DNA from: a virus
Lineage: Duplodnaviria > Caudoviricetes
IMG/VR virus record: IMGVR_UViG_3300034104_004986
Span: 1 to 57,358 of that record
Reading direction: 5' to 3' (one strand)
DNA: 57,358 bases
In this document: in pieces, positions 1 to 12,538 of the stretch
Layout of the letters: each line of letters opens with the position of its first letter
How positions within the stretch are numbered: the first letter of the stretch is position 1
Translations under genes and position numbers: made by a program
Notes under the pieces: generated by a model
Told to the model about the DNA's origin: nothing
What the model saw: the letters and a program-made list of their open reading frames with translations, nothing else
The model's database searches: none

Positions 1-549
1 CCATTTTTTTTCTTCTGCTGTTAAACTATTAAAAAGAGCTATTGAATTACCCTGTGCACTTACTGCATTTGTATCTGTTTGATATTCAGTGTTTCCAGGA
101 TCTGTGCCATCATTATTATTGTAATTCGCTATTAGTCGCTGGTTCATTTCTTCAGCTAAACCTTGATTATATTTTTTTCCAAGTGAACCACTAGTGGCTA
201 ATCTGAGTGCCGCATCCGTGCCAACATATTCTATTCCCTCTTCTTGATCTGTAATTTTTAGCGTACCATCTTGTTCGGAAAATATAGACCTAGAAAGAGA
301 GCTTAAACTCTCTCTGCTCATGTTCAAGTTAAACATATTTGTATATATATCGTTAGATAAAAGTTCTTTACCAGAAGCAGCTGCAGTTAAATCTGTAGAA
401 ACTAAAGTTTGATTTTCATAATTTCTAAAAGCTGTTGTAGTTCCTGATATTGCAATATTGTTTGCTGGAACAATATTCTCAGAAAAATTCTTTGCTATTG
501 ATGCAGCATCATTTATTGCTTCTACGTTGTCAAATTTATAGTCAGCCAA
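1..549 (-). CDS. Hypothetical protein, partial (runs off the left end); probably baseplate-region
   Basis: Not in the ORF track. TTG at 549 directly follows the stop of the giant gene, with GAGGT upstream. Reads MADYKFDNVEAINDAASIAKNFS... Confidence 0.6.
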   Translation of the reverse strand, partial: MADYKFDNVEAINDAASIAKNFSENIVPANNIAISGTTTAFRNYENQTLVSTDLTAAASGKELLSNDIYTNMFNLNMSRESLSSLSRSIFSEQDGTLKITDQEEGIEYVGTDAALRLATSGSLGKKYNQGLAEEMNQRLIANYNNNDGTDPGNTEYQTDTNAVSAQGNSIALFNSLTAEEKKW

Positions 550-550
550 T

Positions 551-3500
551 TTATACCTCTCTCGGCTTAGTCATTCCGTCTTCAAAATCTTGGAAAGAAT
601 CTGATTGTGTTAGTAAGTTATTAGTAAATACATCAGCAAAACCTTTACCAACTAATTCCCAGTTTAAGGTAGATGGCGTGCCATCATCGTAGAATTCATC
701 CCACAAAATTAATGGCCACTTTGATGAATTAGAATACAATTGATCTAATATCTTTATTTCTACAAGAGCAGAAAAAAGTCTTGATTGAGATGAAATATTA
801 AGATTAATATTATCAGGATAATCTTCTGCATGATTTTTAATATCTTGAGACATTACTGTATTTAATATATCTGTAAATCTACCTGTAAGTTGACCAGATG
901 ATCTATTAGTCGAATTAAAAACTTGAGAAGATAAAGAGTTCAAGACATCTATCTTAATTTTATCTAAATCAAGAATATTGTCTTTGTTGTTTTTAATAAA
1001 CATAGAATAAACAAAGTCTTTAAACTTAGATAGATCTTGTGATGCTGTTTGATAGAAAACAGTTCCAAGAGTTCTTCCATATATTTCTTTAAGATAATTT
1101 GATTCTTTATTTGCTAGTGTTCCTGCTTCAAACTCTTTGTCAGATAATATTGCTCCAGTTGCTCTAGATTTAGCTACTCTCAATACAAATATTTTTCCTT
1201 TAAGTTTTTCTATTACGTAGGTTGTAGCTTTATTGCCAACTCCTATTGTGGGCATTGCGCTGCCATCATCAACTTCAACTGTTTCGTACTTTGCTGTTTT
1301 TGAATTTACTCCGTAAAGAATCCATCCTGATTCAGTGAAGTTGGCCAAAGCCTTAGATGGCTCTTGTGTTCTACTCTTTTGAACTATAAATACACCTTCA
1401 TTTACAAATGCAACTCTGTAAGTTTTGTTTAGATTTTCACTTATGCCATCTATTTTTACTGTGTCACCAACTTCAAGATCCAAGGCTGGAGTAACACCAG
1501 AGCTATCTCCATTTGGTTGTGCATTAAATATTATTATTTCTACACCAGGCTCACTTTCTCTGTAGCCTTCCCTATATGATGTGATAGTTCCTCTTTTAAT
1601 TCTATTATGAAAATTAAACTGAGATTTTTCTTTTGCGTTTATTCCATCTAATCTGACGGTAAACTTTTGTTTGTTGGCGCTTAGTATATCAGTAACGTAT
1701 ATAGTATCAGCGTCTTCAACTCCAGTATTCATATGACCTCTAGATGTATCTAACGTGCATACTATTTTGAACATTGGTTCTAGCTGAGCTTTTTCTGGAC
1801 CTAAACCAGAAAGATTTAACACTTGAGCATGTACTAATGCATTTTCATAACTAGAATATTTTACAAATGTTGAAATCTGATTTTCTTTCCATCCAAGACT
1901 TCTAAATATATCGTCAGTCCTTACGTAAGAATAACCTTCTGCTGTTTTAGCACTTACCCTGGATCCTAAAACCCCTGGAAGCAATGCTTTAGAATGATAT
2001 CTTCCAACAACCATACCCTGATTATAAGAAAGTCCTCCGTCCATTGCTTGACCATTTTTGTTTAAATACTGTATATAACATCCGTGTTGATCCATTAGAT
2101 TATCCCTAACCCACTGCCAACCCTTCCATACTGTTTGACCAATCAATGGAATCGAAGATGCCAGTATTCCTGCAGCTATTGCTTTACCTCCAACTATTCC
2201 ATTGTTTCCATTTTTTTGTGCCTGTTCTCTAATACTTGATGAAATATCTGGGAAATTTTCTGCAGTATTAGAAGCAACTATATCTTTAATTAAAGCAGAA
2301 GATCCATTTGTATATTGCATCGCGCCTATCATTTGTGGACTTAGAGTTTCTGCCAATGCGTCAACAGATATTTGACCACCAAGAGATATTCCAGCATTAG
2401 AAGCTCTCAATGAATCTAAGTATAGCCTTGTATCATTTCTCATATTTTGAACTGATAACCAAGAGTGTATCCAAGATGTCATATACCATCTAGCTGGATC
2501 ATTAATTGAGACAAGAGCATTTGGAGTAATAGATGTTACATAGCCTAGCTCTGGAGTAAAGTGATGTATAACTTGCTCTACTTCAAAAATTCCATACATT
2601 CTTTCATACACGTCAGCAATATAAACTAGGTCGTGTGGTCTTATGTCTGCATTGCCTATTACTAAAAGTTCTCCACCATATATATCCTTTAGTGATTCTT
2701 TTAAATGACCTAAAGCAATTCTTTTAGCGCTTAATTCATCTGGAGCTCCTGTAGCTGCTTTTGATACACCTCTTCCAGTTTCCATAGGATGCAAGAACGG
2801 ATGCAAGAAACCAAAGAATCCAGATCCAACTATGTTGTCAAAATATATTCCAGTTTCTACAGTCATTTCAGTCTGTCTTTCTGCAGGAAGACCTTTATCT
2901 AGTGCTACCGTAACTGGATATTTACCATCAGATACTGCTGTAACTGTTGTTGAAACGTTGTTTATATTTTCTTGAATTTGATTAGAAAGGATATGAGAAA
3001 AAGAATTAAGGTAATGAATTCTTTGGAATGGCTCTCTAATCTCTACTACAGGTTCTCCATATTCTCTAGTAAAAGGATTATCTACAGCTCTCAATAGTGA
3101 ACCTGGTTGCCCCATGGCATAATATATACTATCGTTTAAAACCTTATTGAGTATATTTGCTTGTTTGGCGAAATTTCCTATTTGAGATAGACCATAACCC
3201 ATCTGTAGCATGTTTAGCTTGAAGGCTTGTATCAGGCTACTGAGGGCGTCTCCAGTTGCTGTAATAAGTGGTCCAATAGTTCTATCCAAGAAACCGTCTA
3301 TTCCACCTAATGCTTTACCCACTACACTTGTGTGACTATTTCCTTCTCCTCTAGTTTTATATAATAGTTCTAAAAATTTCTTTTTGTCTTTTCCATATGT
3401 ATCGTTTGGATTAATAAACGCAGTAAATATTTTAGTTACAGGAGAAAAGTCCCATTGCCCTTCTACTCCTTCTCCTGTCATTTTTCTATTAGGCTTAAGT

Positions 3501-6500
3501 ACCAACCATGCTCTACTATACGCATCTTCCCACATTCTCTGTCTAAAAAGACCAACTACTAATAAGAATAATTGTTTTGGAGTTTTAATTACTTTAGACA
3601 AGTTAATATCGGGGTTTTGATAACTAGACTCAGTTCTAAGTGTAGGATAGACAGGTGCTGTAGATCTTTGGCCGGCATTATACAAGTACAACTCATATTC
3701 ATAATTATCAATAGCCCTAAAGTTTCCAGCTGATCCAGCTGTAACTTGAGTCTGTTGAGAAGATGAAGTGTAGTTTTCTGAGTAATAAAATCCAGTTAAA
3801 AAATCAATATTTCCTTCTATAAAATTAGAATAGAATTTTTTTAATTTATCTTTTATTAATAAATCAAAATATTCAATTGCTCCACCAGTTTCTATTGACG
3901 CATCTATAAAATTATCAGTTGCATACTGCGCTCCGGTCTTCATTAATTCATTATTTTGACCTGGATCATTAAACCAATCTGCTCCTAATAGAATGGAAAA
4001 TTCATCTAAACCTCCACCATTTGTTTCGTTAAACTTTTCAAAAATTGTTACAGTTTCTGCATCTGTGCCCTTGAATAAAAGACTCTTTATTGAAGGAGGA
4101 AGTTGTTCTTCTGCGTCTGGGTCTAATCCATACATATCCCAAAAAGCCTGCTTAACATGATCATACTCATGATAGCCAAATCTAAATTGGTCCCAAATAT
4201 CATTTGCTTGTTCTCTTGTTCTTCCATTTCCAGCTATTACGTTTGAGGTTGGGTCAAATGACTCCTCATAATACTTTCTGCTTGTTATAGAAATTTCATC
4301 CAAAGGATCAAAAACATCTGCAAAACTGCTTCTTCCAGTGCCGGTGTTTTTATCTCCAGTTGTAGCAAGTTCTGCATCTAAGATATCCCAACCAGCTTTT
4401 GCTGTTAACTTAGAAAGATTGCCCTTACCACCTTTAAGAACTTTTGTTAAATAACCCCTATAGTTTCCACCATATTTAAAGTCTTGATATGTTTGCCTTG
4501 ATGTTCCAGTTGTGTATTCGTTTAATATATCTTTTGTTTGAGAAGAAGATATTGACGCTATATTTTTTGCTCCATTAATTGGAGTAAATGTACCAAAACC
4601 TATTAAGGCCGATGGAAGATTTAAAGCCCTGAGTTCATCAGTTAAAAGATCTTGATTATTTGCCAAATAAAATGGAGTTATATTTTGCGAAACAGTCGTT
4701 GCAACACCAAGTGGTATATTGTTTGGAACAAAAGAAAAAACACAGTCCATAGAAACTGGGGCAAGACTATACCCAATGTCTCCGACTGAACCTAAACTTT
4801 CACTTACTACCGTAGATGCCTGTCCAGCAGCAATGACATCGAGATACATATTTTGTCCAGTTAATATTCCTAAGTAAAATGCTGCGTCTGGTGAAACTAC
4901 CGCGTCTATTGAGGAATTGCCAGAACCAACGCTAACATAGTCTGCTGGTTCATCTGTTTCTCCCCATAAAAAATATGCTGGCTTACAAACTACTGCAACA
5001 CCATTAGCTGGATTATAGACCATAATGTGTTGATCCTTATAGTCTTTAGCTGTTCCATATAAGACTTCATTTTCTTTATTGGGGAAATATGTTTTTTTCC
5101 AATTCGTCAATGCTGTTCCATCAAAAGAAGGATTATAAGGCCACTTCATCGCAATATAGAACTGCTCATCAAGTGGCGTAGATGGGGCTCCCCATTCTTC
5201 GTAAGAAATTTTAACTTCACTATATTCTATAGCTGGAACAAAATTTTCTAAATCATTTTTTTCAGCTAAACTAATAAATTCATTTGCGGTCTTTTTTTCT
5301 GGGAATGGCATTCTTGCCTTTCCTTCAATTTGAGCTCCTGAAATAACTGACTGCAGCAATGGTATAAAATCTACTGTATTAGACAATACTTTACTAGCAG
5401 CTTCTTTGCCTAGATTTTTATAATTTGTCTGCAAAAATGCTTCTTCTTGCTGAATTAATACTTTATATGTAGTTTCAAATATTGTTGAACCACCACCAAC
5501 TTTATAATTAAACTCATCCGACGGTCTAAAAGCTTCTAATTTTTTTGTACTATCCTTTCCCTTGTAGAAAGGAACGTAAGAATAGTTACTTAAATAATAG
5601 TTGTCATCCACAATATCAGTAAAAAATGGATAAGAAAATCTTAAAGGAAGTTGATTTATTTGTAAGTGAGAAGTTATTTTTGCTTCAGTTATATCTTCTG
5701 TTTCTGATCCTACTGGAAGGTGATATCCAACAAAAACTTTTCCAGTTTTTTTAGGCAGTTTGGCAATTACTACTTGATTTTCATCTACTACAGTAGAAGA
5801 TAATGTACTATTTAAATTTATGACCTTACCGTTAAGAACTTTTGCTGTTTCAAAAACCCCTTGTCCATTGGCTTGCATCTGAGAAAGTTTTGTCATAGCG
5901 TCTATTGGTTCTTGACCCCTTAAGAATGCTTCTGCATCTGCGTATGGAGTAGTTTCTTTATTCAGATTTAAAATTATATCCAATAGTTCGGTATCCGGAG
6001 ACCTTGTTGTTGGTGTTATGATTCCTAATTCTGCAGCCTTTTCATCTCCAGGGTAGCCAGTCGTAACTGGCACTACTCCAGAGGTATACAACCAGTGTGG
6101 CTTTCCGTAGAAAACAGTAGACCTATCTTCAAATGGACGTACTGCAACAATGTAGTTTGGAAGAAGTTTAGCGCAGGTTTGGAAAAGATCCCAAACAGTT
6201 CTCATATATGTTTGAGCTCTAAATGATACTTCATCAAACCCAGGCATGTCGTCGTCGTCGTTTGCGGAAACTAAACCAGTCATTCTGAATAGATTTGTTC
6301 CACCTCTACCAGACAAAACTCCAGTTAATCCGGCACCTCCGATTGCAACGCCAGTCATTGGAGCAAAAACAGATATAGCTGCACCAATACCAACACTAGC
6401 CAATCCTGATGCTAGCTTTGCGCTTCCCGAAGCAATTAGATTGTTGTCTGCAACCATGTCTTCATAGACTCTGCTTGATTCTACTGCACTTATTCCAGTA

Positions 6501-9500
6501 GCTTGCTGTTTTGCTACAAGATTGTTCCAAGTAACATCAGTCAATCTACTTAGATATTCTAATCTATCATTTGGAACATCCTCTGGAGTTACAGATGCAA
6601 CATTAGTCCATCCGTCACCAAGGTCTCCACCCAAGAATTGAGCTATTCCAGTTCCATTGCCTGGGTATATATTTCTTTTAAATATTTCAAGGTCTCTTTG
6701 ACCAGAAAAATTGGACCACATCTGACTCATTAAGTTGAATACTGGAGATCTAAAACCTTGTGTTGTGGATATTCCTAAAACATCTGTAACACCATAGCCG
6801 ATAGAGTTAGCTGCGGTGCTTGCTGCAGATGCTGCCATTGAGTTTACGTTTAGTGTTGAAGCTAATTCATAAGCTCCACTTATTGAGTCAACTCTTGATT
6901 GATGTCTCATAAGTTCGTTTTCATTCATTGGCTCATAAAGTATTGACCCAAAGTGTCTTATGCCGAATTTGTTTTCAGAAAAAACCAATCCCCTAGAAGC
7001 ATAAGAAATTCCTTCTCTAAATCTTGAGCTACCCATTGTTAAAAGTCTAACCATTAAGTCTCTTGGTTCAGACAACCATAAGCCAGTGTTGATTCCTCCA
7101 TCTATTTTTCCAGAGTCACCTTTTTTATTGGTTGAATTAACAACTGCACCTAACTCTATGGCGTCTGATTGTGCAGTAACTGTTATAATATCTCCAGTTT
7201 GCACTTCTGTAATAGTTCCATTGAATAGTGTTTGAAGACTATTTGGATTGGAACCATAACCGCCCCTTAAGTGAACTCTTACGCCTGGTTTAAGTCTTAT
7301 GTTTTGTATGTCAACAACATAATCGCTTCTCATATGCGCAAGTATGTTTCTTGCTTTATTTAAAGTATTATCTATAATTGTGGACAAACCATCTGTTAAT
7401 GTTGGATTGTCCTGATTATATTCATCATCTGATCCAAATATTTTTTCTGACTCTTTTTTTGTAAGTTTAGAATATAAATTAGATACCCTAAATACTAAAG
7501 TGTCTCCTAAGAGATCTTCAGAAGAAACAACAGAAAAATCTATTATTGATTGCAAACCATAAAAATTATCAAACATCTTTACGCCTGCAAAGTATCCGCC
7601 CTCATCTATAAGCCACAACATATATGTTGGAAAAGCTCTAATCATTCTTCCAGAAACATCTCTATACTGTGTGTCTACCAACATTTTTTCCCAGTGCTTT
7701 GCAACTGAGTTTTGTTTTGGCATTCCTGTTGACATTACTTCTGGAAGTTCTCCTGCACCCTGTGAGACTGACTGCTGATAGTCTGCAAATGCTGATGCGC
7801 CAGCAAAAGTAGTTGCGTTTTTTGCTCCATTTTCTGGGCTTGCTGGATCTGTTATGGGAGCTGGTTTTGCTTTCTTCTTTACATTACTTCCAGCAACAGT
7901 AAGATAAAATCTTCCATCTTTTTCTGAATCAATATAACCAAAATTTGTTCCATAAGACGTGCACATTATTGCTGGTATTTTATTTGGATCTTCTGGGTCT
8001 CTTATCGGCATCATTGAAATAATGCAGTGAGCCGTAAGACCATCTGGATCAAAGCTAATATCCTCTTCCCCTTCTAAGTTATACTCTCCAGCTAGGGCAC
8101 TTGCTAAGTCGCTAAAAAGCTCTTGACTTCCAGAGTAAACATTTCCAACTTTATATGGTGCTGAATATACTTTATTGGTGAAAGTTGCCTCTTCATCTGT
8201 TGTAGGTTCCTGTTCGGAATATTCAACAAAATCTAGAATTAACATTCTTCTTTCGGCAGTTGAAAACTTCTCTTTGTTTAAGTCAACTAAATCTACGTTT
8301 GACGAAATCGCATCAAGTATCTGTAAAAATATATCTACTTTTACATTTTTACTTTCTAGCTCGGCAATAATGGTTTCTATTTTTTGTCTTTTTATTTGTG
8401 CATCTGATATTGAAGAATACTCTCTCATCCAAGCCACAATTAAATCTATAATTGGTGCTCGATTATCTTCAGACGGAGCAAGACCTTCAGGTAGCTCGCT
8501 CTTTAATTTATCTATTACTTCATCTACTGACTCATCATCCATAAATGATGGAAGAGCGCCTTTTGGTTTTGATATATTGTAGATTACATCGTTGTCATAA
8601 ATCTCAAATGATCTAAAATAAAAATCTGGATCTAAATGTCCAACAACTTTACTATCTTTATCTTTGATTTGTAATGGGAAATCTGGATATGTGTTGAAAG
8701 ATCCCCACATTTGTTTGATTCTAAGGAATGGATTCTTTTTTGTTTTAAAATGTTGTATTAAATCAGACTGTTGATTAGAATCAAGTTTTTCCCTTGTTTG
8801 CTGGAATATATCAAAGTCCATCAAACTAATCTGCACGTCGTATACGTGAGGGAAATTTGGTCGTGTATTAACAGAGTAGTTAAGAGGAACAACATACTTA
8901 ACACCACAAAGCGCAGTAATTATGTTTTTAATTCCCATGAAACCTAAAACACCAGTAGAATGTTCTAATCTAGCTAAACTTGAAATATGATCAAAAACTC
9001 TTTTTATTTTTGTTAACTCTTTTTCCCCAACAACAGTCATAGAAATATTAATATAAGTATCTCTTCCACCTATGTGCTGATATGTTGGTTCGTCCTGCAT
9101 TTGCAATTGAAGCTTAGACAAAACATTTCCAGTAGACACAGAAACGCCTGTTACTGTCACTTCTTTTGGATCAAGGTCTATCTTTAACATTGGGACTTCC
9201 CATTCGTTAAACTGATAAGATCCATTTCTTGCAAACATTGCTTCCATCAATTGTTGTATTGGACCGCTTTGATAGAATCTTTCTAAAATGGAAACATTAA
9301 ATGCATCTCTTATTTCATCTTTTGTTGCCTTGTATAGGTTTTTATATTGATCACTACCTGTTTCCCAAGAACCAGTTGGAATTTTTATCTTTAAAGCTTT
9401 TGCTTTTTTATCTGTCTGCTGTTTAGTTATTGTATCTAAATACTTTTCTGTTTTTTTAGAATTATCCTTAAGTCTTCCGCTTGATTTGGACTATGGTCAA

Positions 9501-12054
9501 ACCAGATAATTTTTCTCCATTAAAAAAATAATCTTTTACTGCAGGAGTTGATGGGGCATTTGTTGAATCATAACTTCTTATATATTCTTTTTCGTTAGAA
9601 GTTAACCCTGGGTTTTCTTGTATAAAAACTGTTTGAAGATATTGATATACTTTCTTTGCGGTTGTTTCAGAATTTATTCCAGCAGTTAGTATGTCCATTG
9701 CATTTCTTACTGCAGTCTTTGCTTTTGGTGGAATTTGATTAGAACTTGATAGGGAATATGCTTGCGCTAATGGTATTTGATAAGACGAATTTATATCAAC
9801 TATACCAAAATATTTTAATACAGACTCCCAAAAACCTTGTGTTCCATAATCTTTAAAGTTTTTTTCTTGATCACTTCTGAACATTGTATTGTCTGGAAGG
9901 AATATTTTTGTTTGAGTTTCTGCTGGAACGAAGAAGCTTATGTGATTTCCGTTCATCCATTCGCTAAAAATATTTGTGGTTAAAACTTCATTTTCGTAGG
10001 AAGCAAACTTTTGTCCTTTAAAATCACTCATAGATTCTGGTATATCTACCTTAACGTCATTTTTAGGATTCTGTACTTCTTTATCAGATGAATTCTCAGA
10101 TGATTTTTGATCAGTATTTTTTATTAAAAAGTCACCATTTACATAGTTATGTAAAACACCAGCTGCCTTACCCATGTATTGTCTATATTTACCCCAATGT
10201 ATAGCCTGATTAAAATCTGATATCATAGGCATAAATGGTTTATGATTAAAGTTTAACAACTCAATATCGACAGCTAAAGCAAATGGAAAATTAGGAACTG
10301 TTGAAACGCTAATGCTTGATAGAGCAACGCCAGTTATACCATGGACAGAGTTTAAATAAAAGTTTCTTATGGGCAAGAATGGAGAGTATTTAAATGCAGC
10401 TATAAGGCCTCTGAGTGATGATAAGAATTTGTCTATTTTCTTTTCACTTGTTCCGCCAGTTTTAAAATCAATTTCAAAGTTGTCAGTAAGTCTGACTTCT
10501 GAAGCCTCATCTATTGATATGCCCCATATTTCTTCATAATTAGGAAAGAAAAGCCTCATTCTTATTGATGTCTCTTTGTGGCCAGAATTGAACTTTGGAG
10601 TATTCTTTTGCCTAAGAGCTCCGCCAGTTAAACTTCCTGTCTTAAAGCTTGTATTAACATCTATTGAAAGAGGTGGAACAAAGAAATTAGATGCACCTAA
10701 TCTAAGATGAAAAACATCTGGAGCTTCTGGAGAAATACTTTGTCTGTACGGAGAATTCTTAAGAACTTCTTCTAATCTTTTTTGAGTATTATTAAATTTT
10801 GAAGCATGTTCGAAAATCTTTTTTCCATCACGAGCACCAAAAGCTTGTTCTAAACTTGATATAAATAAATCTGGATTATTAATGTCATCTTCTTCACCGC
10901 CACCCTGTCCATTATTTGAATAGTCAGTAGCAATTGCTAGGGCCTCAAAGTAGAATGTTACAAGACTAGGGAAATATAAGTTTACTATTCCCAACAATAT
11001 TGGATCTCTTGTAAGATATGAAGTTGTTGTGGTTAATTGCTCTAACCACCCTGCATCAACGCCAGACTCAACTAGCCCGCTAACTTGAGTATTATTTTTG
11101 CCCAGCTCTGTTAATCTCTTCTTTGCAAAAGTAGTAATTTCTCCAGCATAGCTTGCAAGGGCTAGTAGTCCAGAAACTTCTATTTTATCAAATAAAATAT
11201 CTAATTGGTCACCAGTTAGGCGTTCTACTGCCGTAAAGTCTTGGGTGGCAAGTGGACTAAATACCTTCCAAAAATTACCTTTTCTTGTTCCATCAAGTTC
11301 TCTGCCTCTATCTACTGTACTTGTAGAAGAAGATATTGCTCTGCTCGTAATTGTAAATTGCTTTTCCTGAGCTATAGATGGAGATTTATATATTCTAAGA
11401 AATAAATCTGACAGGTAGTTTGCTGCTTGCGGACCAGATACGTCTCCGGTTCTAGTGTCTTCTTGCTCTGCTACTATTCCAGGTTCTTTTTCTGAAATAA
11501 AATCAGATATAGATTTAGTTGAACCAGTTGGATATTTTTTTAGTAAATTTAATCTTAACTTTATCCATTTAACGAGTATCTCATATGTACCTCTTTTGGT
11601 AAATGTGGTAGGCCCACCCATAACTGGAACAAATATATTCTTTGTATAAAAATCCAATCTTATTATATCATTATTTCTTGCCGTTGTTGCTGGCGGCAGT
11701 GGTGTCAGACCACGACTTGGATCGTTATTCCAATTTACATGTAGTTCAAGTCTGTTACTGTGAAGAGTATTTTCATAATAATCACCTATACAATCATCTA
11801 TTGCTGCTACTGATAATGCATCGTTTTTATCGTAACCGTATTAAATCTAATAACAAACCACTCTTTAGAGCATCAATATTTTTTTCTACACCAAAAGAGT
11901 CTCGCTCTACAAACATTCTTCTTAAATTATAATCATCATATTTAGCAATACTAGCATTTGAAAGGCTAGCTATTGTTCTATCTATTTGTTTATCTTCGAG
12001 AAGATTTTTTAATAAAGCAGCTGCTCTACTAGATATTTTATTTTTTGTAGCCAT
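551..12054 (-). CDS. Giant baseplate hub-like virion protein (~3833 aa), joined from track ORFs 11827..12054, 9468..11657 and 551..9250 by two +1 shifts at CGG (11838, 9479)
   Basis: The +1 frames are open from each CGG to the next track ORF (GYDKNDALSVAAIDD...IRLDFYTK; GRLKDNSKK...QQLMEAMF). Hub (gpD/Mu-P/gp27-like) signatures: LKPGVRVHLRGGYG..LFNGTITEV and ELLVIGNADIRPHDLVYI..GIFEVEQVIHHF. Also RlpA-like and SNase-like motifs. Confidence 0.7.
9476..9479 (-). other. +1 recoding site CGG-A (giant hub gene, site 2)
   Basis: ATC AAG CGG AAG ACT TAA in frame 0; ATC AAG C GGA AGA CTT AAG continues into the 551..9250 frame. Confidence 0.8.
11835..11838 (-). other. +1 recoding site CGG-T (giant hub gene, site 1, codon 73)
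   Basis: TTA ATA CGG TTA CGA TAA in frame 0; ATA C GGT TAC GAT AAA continues into the 9468..11657 frame. Stops in both frames confine the shift to ~4 codons. Confidence 0.8.
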
Positions 12055-12065
12055 ATTTTATCCGT

Positions 12066-12524
12066 CTATATAAGATTGTTTTTTCTATTCATTTGCTGAA
12101 TAAGAGAAGATGAAGAACCAGTTTTAGAAACTCCACTCATGTTATTCATTATATCTAAAAAATTAGATTTTGTAAATGACGATTCGGAAGTTTTTAAAGA
12201 ATTATGTGAAGCATATTTTTGATTATTTCTTGCGGTTTGAAAATTTTTATTTAAATAACCACTATCATTCATTTGTATGTCGGCTCTAGAGGATCTATCC
12301 AATCCCTCATATGATCCTTTAATTTTATCAGAACTTCTTATTTCTGATCTTTGCTCGTGCCCGACACTTGCCATTGCAGAGCTATCTGTCCCAGAAGAAA
12401 CGTTCTTTCTTGAAGCAACCTTTGCAGCGTATTTATTGGACGTTACCGTTCTTTGACTGGTGTCCTTTGGTGTCTTTGCTGCGTCTGCTAACGTTTTATT
12501 TTGATTACCAATATTTAAAAGCAT
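12066..12524 (-). CDS. Hypothetical Ser/Lys/Asn-rich protein (152 aa)
   Basis: ORF fills the gap between two giant genes, co-oriented; no recognisable motif. Confidence 0.6.
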   Translation of the reverse strand: MLLNIGNQNKTLADAAKTPKDTSQRTVTSNKYAAKVASRKNVSSGTDSSAMASVGHEQRSEIRSSDKIKGSYEGLDRSSRADIQMNDSGYLNKNFQTARNNQKYASHNSLKTSESSFTKSNFLDIMNNMSGVSKTGSSSSLIQQMNRKNNLI

Positions 12525-12538
12525 GTAACACTAAACCT

